Positions 7,979 to 16,322 of a stretch of DNA of 64,000 nt are shown here, piece after piece (the first letter of the stretch is position 1; each line of letters opens with the position of its first letter). The stretch comes from an uncultured Ruficoccus sp. (lineage in GTDB: Bacteria; Verrucomicrobiota; Verrucomicrobiia; Opitutales; Cerasicoccaceae). The notes below the pieces were generated by a model. It did no database searches and had not been told where the DNA came from. It saw only the letters and a program-made list of their open reading frames with translations. The position numbers and the translations under genes are program-made. The stretch spans positions 1 to 64,000 of the forward strand of contig OZ223521.1 of the NCBI GenBank assembly GCA_965140785.1, written 5' to 3'.

Positions 7979-9472
7979 ATGGCAGGGACGCTTTTCTCCG
8001 GACAGCAGGCCGAACGGGCGCGGGCTTTCGCGCAATTGGCCTGGCAGAACCCCTTCGAGCCCGAGCGCGACGAGATCGAAAAGACCCTGCTGGGCGAGGA
8101 GGCTTTCCGGGGTATGGACGTGCGCGAACGGCTGGAGGCACTCTGGGGCGATCTGGAACATATGCTGGCGTCCGCGGCCGATCCGTACGCGGCGGGCAAG
8201 GGGCGGCAGGCCGAGCGCGAGATTTATCAGGAGATGGTCTTCGTGCGGGTGTACCACCGGTTCATGCCGGAGTTTGACAAGCTGATCGAGTATGCCCACG
8301 CCCACGGCCACGCCAACCAGCGGGTGAAGTTTTATGACGCGTTCGTGCGCGAGGTGGAGGCGGGGTTGCCCGGCGGGTTGATCGGGCGCTACGCCGGCAT
8401 GGGGCTGGAGCGACTGTTCGCGGTCATGTACCAGATCCGGCGAGCCTTCCTGCACATCCACCGCTACATCATCGGCGAGTCCCCCGCCGCCAACCGCCTG
8501 CGGGCGCGCATTTGGCAGTCGATTTTTACCCGCGACATGGACCGCTACCAGCGCGTGCTGGCCGACCGCATGGGCGACATCATCACGCTCATTACCGGCC
8601 CCTCCGGCTCGGGTAAGGAGCTGGTCGCCCGTGGCATCGGCCTGTCGCGCTACATCCCCTTCGACCCGACCACCCGCACCTTTACCGAGGACTTCATCAA
8701 AGCCTTTTACCCGATCAATCTCTCGGCCCTTTCACCCACGCTGATCGAGTCCGAGCTTTTCGGGCACCGGCGCGGGGCCTTTACCGGGGCCTTGCAGGAC
8801 CGGCGGGGCTACTTCGAGACCTGCGGGCCGTTTGGGACGGTCTTTCTGGACGAGATCGGCGAGACCGACCCCGGCATCCAGGTCAAACTCCTGCGCGTGC
8901 TTCAGACCCGGCAGTTCGTGCCCATCGGTGAGACCGAGCCCAAGCAGTTCACCGGCAAGCTCATGGCCGCGACGAACCGCGATCTCGTCGAGGAAATCCG
9001 CGCCGGCACCTTTCGCGAGGACTTTTACTTTCGGCTCAACGCTGACCGGGTAAGCACGCCCTCGCTGCGGGAGATTTTAAACGGCTCGCCCCGCGAGCTG
9101 GAAACCCTGGTCGCCTACATTGCGAAAAAAATGGCCGGGCCGGACGAAGGTGCCCGCCTCACCGACGAGGTCTGCACCTGGATCGCGAAAAGCCTGCCCG
9201 CCGACTATCCCTGGCCGGGCAATTTTCGCGAACTGGAACAGTGCGTGCGCAACATCACCGTGCACGGCGATTACCAGCCCGAGGACCTTTCGAAACCGGC
9301 GGCGGGGGCGGGGATTGCCGGAGCCTGGAGCCGGGGCGAGTTCACCGCCGAGGAGTTGCTGGCCCGCTACGTGGCCGACCAGTACGCCCTCACCCCCAAC
9401 TACGAAGAGCTGGGCCGCCGCCTCAAGCTCGACCGCCGCACCGTCAAAAAGTACCTCGCCCTGGCGGGGTGA
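7979..9472 (+). CDS. Sigma-54-dependent transcriptional activator (bEBP AAA+) with an uncharacterised N-terminal domain
   Basis: GPSGSGKE, ESELFGH..GAFTGA, FLDEIG, FREDFYFRL, WPGNFREL, C-terminal HTH. ATG 7979 preferred as start. Confidence 0.92.
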   Translation: MAGTLFSGQQAERARAFAQLAWQNPFEPERDEIEKTLLGEEAFRGMDVRERLEALWGDLEHMLASAADPYAAGKGRQAEREIYQEMVFVRVYHRFMPEFDKLIEYAHAHGHANQRVKFYDAFVREVEAGLPGGLIGRYAGMGLERLFAVMYQIRRAFLHIHRYIIGESPAANRLRARIWQSIFTRDMDRYQRVLADRMGDIITLITGPSGSGKELVARGIGLSRYIPFDPTTRTFTEDFIKAFYPINLSALSPTLIESELFGHRRGAFTGALQDRRGYFETCGPFGTVFLDEIGETDPGIQVKLLRVLQTRQFVPIGETEPKQFTGKLMAATNRDLVEEIRAGTFREDFYFRLNADRVSTPSLREILNGSPRELETLVAYIAKKMAGPDEGARLTDEVCTWIAKSLPADYPWPGNFRELEQCVRNITVHGDYQPEDLSKPAAGAGIAGAWSRGEFTAEELLARYVADQYALTPNYEELGRRLKLDRRTVKKYLALAG

Positions 9473-9504
9473 TGTTTGACGGACGATGTAAGTTCGGTGT
9501 CCCC

Positions 9505-9535
9505 AAAAAAAGCCCCGTGCGGCAAGGCACGGGGC
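9505..9535. terminator. Intrinsic terminator between convergent genes
   Basis: AAAAAA GCCCCGTGC-GGCAAG-GCACGGGGC hairpin. Confidence 0.7.
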
Positions 9536-9547
9536 GGGTGAAATTGA

Positions 9548-11314
9548 TTAATAGCTGAGCGGATCGGGATCCTGCGGGGGAGGCGGGTCCGTGGGCGGGA
9601 CTTCAGGACCGTCGGGCGGATTGCCGCCGCCGTTGCCACCACCAGGGGGGGAGGTCTGGTTGTCGGTGCTGCCGAACTCGACGCCGGCCACCGGCTCGAG
9701 GGCGCGTCCGAGGGTATAAATGTCCCCGAAGATGCTGATCTCAAAGATGCGCAGCCCGTTGGAGCTTTCGCTGCCGTCGGCTCCGGTCTGTCCGAGCAGG
9801 GACAGGGGGGAAGGGGCGTAGGTGCCCGGGCCGACCTGGATCGGCTGCATGCTGTGCGTGCCTTCGACCGCCGGTTTGTTCTGCTCGTACGAGTGGTCGG
9901 GGCTGTTGAAGTTACGCCGGAAGCGGATGATGCACCAGCGGCCTGTGATCTCCTGGAACTCGATGCGGAAGGAGTTCATGCCCCCGTCGGAGACATAGGT
10001 GAAGTTGGGCTTGGTTTCCTTGAAAAATTCCTTTGGCAGGCGCGTGATCTTGATCGGGATTTCATCCGTCGTGTTGGCGGAGTTGGCCATGGTGGTCTGG
10101 CCGAACTGGGCCAGCGCCAGCCATTCGCCGAGCGAGCCGGGGGCGGAGGCCAGGTAGATGCCGGTGTCGCGGGCTGTGGGTCGGAGGGCGGCGCTCTCAC
10201 TACCGGCGGCGGGGGATTCCCCGATGATTTCCGCGGGCGGCGTATCCGGGTCATTTTCGGTCCTCAAGCCGTCCGGCAGCTTGTGGATGAAATACATCTC
10301 GAACAGGCCGGGGTCCGAACTGAAGAGCATGGACATGCGGTTGACGTTCCGCTCCTCCATCATGTCCATGATGATGACGGTTTCGGGCTCCTGCTTGAAC
10401 TGGCAGATCGTGTCCAGATCGTCGTCGATCATGGCGTTGCTGTAGCGGGGGTCGCCGGAGCTGACGTAGCTCACGCGGCAGCCGCTGTGCAGGGTGGCCC
10501 AGTCATAGCGGCGCGGGCGGTACTTTTCGCGTTCCTTAAGGGGGAGGGCTTCCAGCTCCTTTTGGGAGAGGCTGCCGCCGGCCAGACGCATCTGGGAAAT
10601 TTTCAGGTCACCATAGACCGAGAAGGGGCCGATGTCGCCATGGGCCATGTTGTCGATCACGATCATGACAAAGCGCGTGTCGAGCTGACCCAGATAAAGC
10701 GAGACCTTGCCTTCACCGGAGAAGGGGACGATCGGGGAGGCGGGCTTCCACTGGCCCGAATTGGGGTCCTGCAAGGCGTCCGAGTAAAAGACCTGGGCCC
10801 GTCCGCGGGCGCCATAGTTCATGAACTCGAACATGTTGATCATCCAGTAATCGCCCAGGTCGATGACGAACTTGTACGAGTCCAGGTACATCGGGTAGCG
10901 GGCGTTCGGGTCCTTGGTCAGGAGGGAGGCGGCGCTGGTATTGTCGGAGTAGTTTTCCTCGACCGCTTCGAGGTGGCCGGTTTCGTAGGTATAGAGGCGG
11001 GCGCCCATGATCCAGCGGGCCAGATTCATGGGCTTGTCGAGCATTTCCTCGCGCTCGATTTCCTCCACCTCGATCATCTCGTAGGAGTTCTCTTCGTAGT
11101 CCTCCTCGGGACCGATCATGGCGGGCATGGCGCTCGGGTTGTCGGCGTCGTCGGCGAGGCTGGCTTGCGCGCCGCTCGCGGGTGTTTTTTCCCCGGCGGC
11201 GGTCGTGGTTTTTTCCACGTCCTGGGCGTGGCCGTAAGCGGTCACAAGCGCCATCAGCGCGAAGGCGCAGGCCCTCGTGCTCCGACTGAGGAAGCTGCGA
11301 ATGAAAAATTGCAT
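9548..11314 (-). CDS. Secreted hypothetical protein with two discoidin/F5-8-like repeats and a Gly/Pro-rich C-terminal tail
   Basis: Signal peptide ending AYGHA-Q; two similar segments (NLARWIMGAR..LLTKDP..FVIDLG and DWATLHSGCR..MIDDDLDT..IIMDM); tail PPGGGNGGGNPPDGPEVPPTDPPPPQDPDPLSY. Confidence 0.6.
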   Translation of the reverse strand: MQFFIRSFLSRSTRACAFALMALVTAYGHAQDVEKTTTAAGEKTPASGAQASLADDADNPSAMPAMIGPEEDYEENSYEMIEVEEIEREEMLDKPMNLARWIMGARLYTYETGHLEAVEENYSDNTSAASLLTKDPNARYPMYLDSYKFVIDLGDYWMINMFEFMNYGARGRAQVFYSDALQDPNSGQWKPASPIVPFSGEGKVSLYLGQLDTRFVMIVIDNMAHGDIGPFSVYGDLKISQMRLAGGSLSQKELEALPLKEREKYRPRRYDWATLHSGCRVSYVSSGDPRYSNAMIDDDLDTICQFKQEPETVIIMDMMEERNVNRMSMLFSSDPGLFEMYFIHKLPDGLRTENDPDTPPAEIIGESPAAGSESAALRPTARDTGIYLASAPGSLGEWLALAQFGQTTMANSANTTDEIPIKITRLPKEFFKETKPNFTYVSDGGMNSFRIEFQEITGRWCIIRFRRNFNSPDHSYEQNKPAVEGTHSMQPIQVGPGTYAPSPLSLLGQTGADGSESSNGLRIFEISIFGDIYTLGRALEPVAGVEFGSTDNQTSPPGGGNGGGNPPDGPEVPPTDPPPPQDPDPLSY

Positions 11315-11485
11315 GTCTATAGGGCTGTTTCTCCTTTAATATTCTTTCGGCTTATTCGCAAAACAATTAAGAAAAATAGCTATGAGCCGAGATTTGTAAA
11401 ATGATTGGTAAATTTAATCGCCGCCACGACCGAACGGGCAACCTTGCGTTGGAACGTCTCCGTAGACACTAAGAATATCCAGGAG

Positions 11486-12760
11486 ATGCCATTATTCCAA
11501 CACGCTAGGATGCTGTTTTCTCACCGTAGAGCCCCGGGAGGCGTTCGTCGTCCCTCTGCGGGCCGGCTGGCTGTGCTGTTGGCGGCGCTGGCCGTTCCGG
11601 TGGGGCTGCACGCCCAACCTAGCGGCGGGGGTGAAAACCTGCGGGCCGGGCCGGTGTACTTCGACTTGGCCGCTCACCTGGGTTTCGAGTACAACGACAA
11701 CATCTCCGGCTCCACGACTTTTCCGGTCGAGGCCTTCATTATCAGCCCCGGGGTCTCGCTGGGTAGCCGCTGGCGGGTGAGCGATTACAACTCCATCAGC
11801 ATCAATCTCGGCCTGTATTACCAGTGGTACGTCAACCACCCCGAGTTGAGCTCGATCAATAATTTCATCAACATCTCGCCGGACACCAAGCTGGCCTTTT
11901 CCTTCTTCATTGAAAATTGGGAAATCGAGCTTTTCGACCGCATCTCCTACACGATCGACCCCACCGACGCCCTGCGCTTGGACTCCAGTGGCAACGTCGT
12001 CCCAAACTCCATCAGCTACGGGCGCTTCAACAACATGGCCGGGATCAATCTGGAGGGGGACTATAACGACGTGGTGGTCTTCGCCAGTTTTTCCCGGGCG
12101 GACGTCTGGCCGACCCAGCAGGATTTCGGTTTTACTCAAAGCGCCACCTATAATTTCTCGGCCGGTCCGCGCTTTCTTATTTCTCCCCAGTTGACGGCGG
12201 GTTTCACCGGCGGTTTCACCTACACGGATTACGCGGAGAATGTTAACAACGACTCCTGGACGTACTTCCTGGGGCCGATGGTGGTGTGGCAGGCGAGTCC
12301 GCTGCTAAATATCCAGGCCAGCGCGAACTACACCTTTTACAATGTCCAGCAGACCGGGACTACCGGGGATACGTCCCAGCCCTCGGGCCTGCAGGCCAAT
12401 ATCGTCTTCACCCACCGGCTGAGCGAGCGCTATCAGCACTCCCTCAGCTACACCCGGATCATCCAGAACGGCTACCTCAGCAACGCCACCACGACCGACA
12501 GCATCGGCTACGCCGCCTCTTATCAGCTCTCGCGTCGCTGGGTGCCGAATTTCGCGGTCACCTACGACTGGGGGGAGGACTCCGGCGGCCCGGCCCGGGA
12601 GGTTTTTAGCGGTTACACCTGCCGCTTCGGTTTTGATTATCGGCACTCCCGTCAGCTGAGCAGCACTTTCTCCTACGTCTATACTCACCGTAATTCGAAT
12701 CTGATGGAGCGTACTTTCTCACGTAACCAGGTCCTACTCGATCTGCGCTACGATTTCTAA
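11486..12760 (+). CDS. Outer-membrane beta-barrel protein associated with EPS export
   Basis: Signal peptide, EYNDNI near the N-terminus, alternating aromatic strands, C-terminal LRYDF; upstream of wza/wzc. Start uncertain. Confidence 0.8.
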   Translation: MPLFQHARMLFSHRRAPGGVRRPSAGRLAVLLAALAVPVGLHAQPSGGGENLRAGPVYFDLAAHLGFEYNDNISGSTTFPVEAFIISPGVSLGSRWRVSDYNSISINLGLYYQWYVNHPELSSINNFINISPDTKLAFSFFIENWEIELFDRISYTIDPTDALRLDSSGNVVPNSISYGRFNNMAGINLEGDYNDVVVFASFSRADVWPTQQDFGFTQSATYNFSAGPRFLISPQLTAGFTGGFTYTDYAENVNNDSWTYFLGPMVVWQASPLLNIQASANYTFYNVQQTGTTGDTSQPSGLQANIVFTHRLSERYQHSLSYTRIIQNGYLSNATTTDSIGYAASYQLSRRWVPNFAVTYDWGEDSGGPAREVFSGYTCRFGFDYRHSRQLSSTFSYVYTHRNSNLMERTFSRNQVLLDLRYDF

Positions 12761-12827
12761 TTTTTGCTTAATTTACGGGCTTTTTACCCGAAGAGTAAGT
12801 ATAGTGATTTCCCGCCCAGGCTTTTCC

Positions 12828-13742
12828 ATGCCACGATTCCTCATATTTATTACCGTCCTATTATTGAGCCAGGCAGCTTTTGGTTTTTCCGGAGCCGCCC
12901 CGTTCGACACGGGCGATAGCGTCGACACGATGGAGCTGCTCGACGATACCACCCCGATCAAGATCGGGGACAAGCTCAGCTATATGGTGACCGAGGACCG
13001 CGAGCCCGCCAACATCGTGATGGTGGACGAGGCCGGCAATATCGACGTGCCGCTGGTGGGTAAGATCAAGGCCGCCGGCCTGACCCCGCGTCAGCTGGCG
13101 CAGAAGGTCAGCGACGAACTGGAGGTCGATTACTATCATCAAGCGACGGTCCACGTCTCCGAATACAAAGACCTGACCAACCGCGGCCAGATATTCATGC
13201 TCGGGCAGGTCGTGCGCCAGGGGGCGATGACCATCCCCCCCGGCGAGGTGCTCACCGTCAGTAAGTCCATTCTGCGCGCCGGCGGTTTTACCCAGAACGC
13301 CGACCCCACCCGCGTCAGCCTGATCCGGCAGGGCGGTCCTGGCGAAAAAGAGGTTAAGACCGAGATCAACGTGGCGCGCATTCTGGAAACCGGGCGTCTC
13401 GAGGATGACCTGATCGTCCAGCCCGACGACTTTATTTTCGTGGCCCAGGCCGGAGACTCCAGCGGGGAGTACACCGTCACGGGCGCCGTGCGCGGCCCGG
13501 GTATCTATCCGCTGCCGATGGGTACGCAGATCACCCTCAGCGAGGCCATTCTCAAGGCCGGTGGGTTTAACGAATTCGCCTCCGAGAGCTCGGTCAAGGT
13601 CATCCGCTACGACGAGAACGGCGAGCGCAAAGAGTTTGAGGTCGATGTCGGCGAGATCCTCGAAGACGGTTTACGCGACAATGACATACTGCTCCAGCCC
13701 GATGACCGTGTCATCGTGCCCGAAGCATGGGTAAAGTTTTAA
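12828..13742 (+). CDS. Polysaccharide export protein (Wza/Poly_export with two SLBB domains)
   Basis: IKIGDKL..VDEAGNIDVPLVGKIKAAGLT; two SLBB repeats (ILRAGGF, ILKAGGF, LQPDDRVIVP). Confidence 0.9.
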   Translation: MPRFLIFITVLLLSQAAFGFSGAAPFDTGDSVDTMELLDDTTPIKIGDKLSYMVTEDREPANIVMVDEAGNIDVPLVGKIKAAGLTPRQLAQKVSDELEVDYYHQATVHVSEYKDLTNRGQIFMLGQVVRQGAMTIPPGEVLTVSKSILRAGGFTQNADPTRVSLIRQGGPGEKEVKTEINVARILETGRLEDDLIVQPDDFIFVAQAGDSSGEYTVTGAVRGPGIYPLPMGTQITLSEAILKAGGFNEFASESSVKVIRYDENGERKEFEVDVGEILEDGLRDNDILLQPDDRVIVPEAWVKF

Positions 13743-13799
13743 CCAACAGGGAATAAGAGCAGCAACGCACTGATCTGATTATTTCGTAGGCAATTTTAT

Positions 13800-16043
13800 A
13801 TGGCTGAATTTGGCACACAACAGCAATCCGAGGGCGATTTCGACTGGACTGAAATGATGCACTCCTGGTTCTTCAAGGGCCGGATCGCATTTCAGCGCAT
13901 GTGGTGGGTCTTCCTTCTGACCATCGCCATCGGGATCGCTTTCCAGGCCTACAAGGGCTTTCAGCAGACGCCCGTGTACCAGTCACGGGCCAAGATGATC
14001 GTGGACGGACAGATCGTTCTTTCCGATAACGCCACTGCTCAGTACAGCGAGGTGTATGCGAACTTTTACGGCACGCAGAGCCAGTTGATGACCTCCAGCC
14101 TCGTGCGGGAGAATGCCGCCAAGCGCGTCCGCGCCCTGCACCCCGAGTTCCGTCCCTGCCCGGTCCAGCTCAGCGTTTCCCAGTCCAAGGACGCCAACAT
14201 CTTCAACCTCTCCGCGTGGGGCTCGGAGGGGAACTACACCCAGGCCTACCTGGATGCGGTCATGGACGAGTACCTCAACTTCAAGCGCTCCCGCCGCGAG
14301 AGTAAGGCCAAGGACACCGTTTACTCCTTACAGGAGAACCTCCTTGAGTACCAGCGCCAGATCGAGGAGCTCGAACAGCAGAAGCTCGATTTCCAGAAGA
14401 AGAACAACATCATCTTCGTTCAGGAGCAGGGCAACACCGCCGGCGCTCAGCTGGCCAGCCTGAAGGACCAGCAGTCCCAGCTCAAGACGCAGCTGCGCCT
14501 GCTCGAAGAGATCGATTTGGACCGCTTCGTCGAGGAGGGGTTGCCCCCCGGTGACGAGCAGGCGCTGGTCGAGTCCGTCCTGACCGAGACGGACAACGAG
14601 TACGGACAGGCCCGTCGTGCCCTGGAGCGCCTCCGGGCCGAGATGGACGAGTTCTCCATCTACATGAAGCCGAAACACCCGAAGATCATTGACCTGAAGC
14701 GGGAAATCGAGCGTCAGGAGAACTTGCTGAAAATTATCCGTCGCCAGACCCTCAACCAGGTTGTCAACAAGAAGAAGATCCTCGCCGGCGAACTGGCCAA
14801 CCTCAATGTCGTCATTCAGGAGTCGGAGCAGAAAGCACTCAAGTACAGCACCCTGATGGCCGAGTTCGAGCGGATCAACTCGCGGCTGACCAGCTACACC
14901 GCCCGCCATGACTCCTATCTGAAGATGATGGAATCGCTCCACCAGAGTGAAAACATCCACCAGGAGCCGGTCACGATTCTCGAAAAAGCCACGCCGCCGA
15001 CCACCATCCCGGTCAATATGTTCAAACAGGTGACCACCGGCGGTCTCGTCGGCCTGGCCCTGGGCGTCGGGCTCCTCTTCGCCTTTGCCATGATGGACAA
15101 CCGCCTGGTCTCGGTAGAAGACGTGACGCAGCGTTTCCAGGCCCCGGTCCTCGGTATTATCCCTTTGCAGAAGCAGCGCCAGGGCGAGGTTACGCTCTTG
15201 CAGCCCAATGACGACCGGCTCATGTTCGCCGAGTCCTGCCGCAACATCCGCTCCTCGCTCCTGTTCATGGACCGGCAGGGTCCGCGTCCACAGACTATCC
15301 TCGTCACCAGCTCGATTCCGGCCGAGGGTAAGTCCACCCTGTCCTCGAACCTGGCCATCACACTGGCTTTCGCCTCTTCCAAGACGCTGATCATCGATGC
15401 CGACCTGCGCCGCGGCAAGGTCCACCGCTCCTTCGGGCTCAGCGGCAATGTCGGCTTGTCCGAACTGCTCCACGACGACGAGATGAAGCCCGAGGACGTA
15501 ATTCAGCAGACCTCCTACGAGGGCCTCGACCTGATGGCGACGGGCGACTATCCCGAGCGCCCCGGCGAACTGCTCATGAGCACCCGCTTTGATGAGGTCA
15601 TGGTCGAGCTCAAGAAGCGTTACGACTACATCATCCTCGACTGTCCGCCCGTGCTGGCCACGGACGACACCCCCTCGCTCGCCACCAAGGCCGACGCGGT
15701 CCTCTTCATCATCCGCTCCACCTACACCCGCACGCGCCAGATCAAGTCCGCCGTGGACACCCTGGAACTGCGCGGAACGAAGATCCGTGGCTTCGTCCTC
15801 AACTTCGTCGATAACCGCGAGCCGAACCACTACTACTACAAGTACTACGATTATTACTCCTACCGTTCCTACGCTCCCAAGGCCGGGAATCGCGAGAAGG
15901 ACAAAAAGGGTGCTGCGGCCAAATCCGCCTCGGGTGGTAAGGCTAAAAAGAAGCAGGCCGTGGCCGCTCTGCCGGACAAGGACGATAACACCGACCAGCC
16001 GGATAAGACGGACCAGTCACCGCTCGATCAGCCCAAGGCTTAA
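13800..16043 (+). CDS. Polysaccharide co-polymerase / BY-kinase (Wzc family)
   Basis: Two TMs around a coiled coil; TSSIPAEGKS (Walker A), IIDADLRR, ILDCPPVL; Tyr cluster HYYYKYYDYYSY. Confidence 0.93.
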   Translation: MAEFGTQQQSEGDFDWTEMMHSWFFKGRIAFQRMWWVFLLTIAIGIAFQAYKGFQQTPVYQSRAKMIVDGQIVLSDNATAQYSEVYANFYGTQSQLMTSSLVRENAAKRVRALHPEFRPCPVQLSVSQSKDANIFNLSAWGSEGNYTQAYLDAVMDEYLNFKRSRRESKAKDTVYSLQENLLEYQRQIEELEQQKLDFQKKNNIIFVQEQGNTAGAQLASLKDQQSQLKTQLRLLEEIDLDRFVEEGLPPGDEQALVESVLTETDNEYGQARRALERLRAEMDEFSIYMKPKHPKIIDLKREIERQENLLKIIRRQTLNQVVNKKKILAGELANLNVVIQESEQKALKYSTLMAEFERINSRLTSYTARHDSYLKMMESLHQSENIHQEPVTILEKATPPTTIPVNMFKQVTTGGLVGLALGVGLLFAFAMMDNRLVSVEDVTQRFQAPVLGIIPLQKQRQGEVTLLQPNDDRLMFAESCRNIRSSLLFMDRQGPRPQTILVTSSIPAEGKSTLSSNLAITLAFASSKTLIIDADLRRGKVHRSFGLSGNVGLSELLHDDEMKPEDVIQQTSYEGLDLMATGDYPERPGELLMSTRFDEVMVELKKRYDYIILDCPPVLATDDTPSLATKADAVLFIIRSTYTRTRQIKSAVDTLELRGTKIRGFVLNFVDNREPNHYYYKYYDYYSYRSYAPKAGNREKDKKGAAAKSASGGKAKKKQAVAALPDKDDNTDQPDKTDQSPLDQPKA

Positions 16044-16085
16044 GGCTGTGCCTTCCCAATTATCCAGTGATTGTTCGTTGATGTT

Positions 16086-16120
16086 GTCATCCTGAGCGAG
16101 CGCAACAAATCGAAGGATCT
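16086..16120. repeat. Degenerate REP-like palindromic unit
   Basis: TGTCATCCTGAGCGAGCGCAACAAATCGAAGGATCT resembles the widespread GTCATCCTGAGC..GAAGGATCT intergenic repeat; single copy in this window. Confidence 0.4.
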
Positions 16121-16322
16121 TCCCGGTTCAACCCATTGGTGGGTTTCCTATCGGAGGCGGGAATTACTCGGGCTTTCGGACCGGTAACGGCGAGCAACTT
16201 CCGACCTCAGGACCGCACACTGTCAGCCTGGAACCCTGGCAGGGAAATAGATTTTCCTATCTTCCACGGCGGGCTGTTTCACGGTTGCGCATTTTGGGGA
16301 AATTCTTCACATTTCGCCCCTT

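Noticed and set aside
9854..11404. Long antisense ORFs (also 14328-15830, 28857-30365, 33328-34845, 44649-46409, 50280-51473)
   Set aside because: They lie opposite well-supported genes; high-GC codon bias suppresses stops on the reverse strand; no recognisable motifs.
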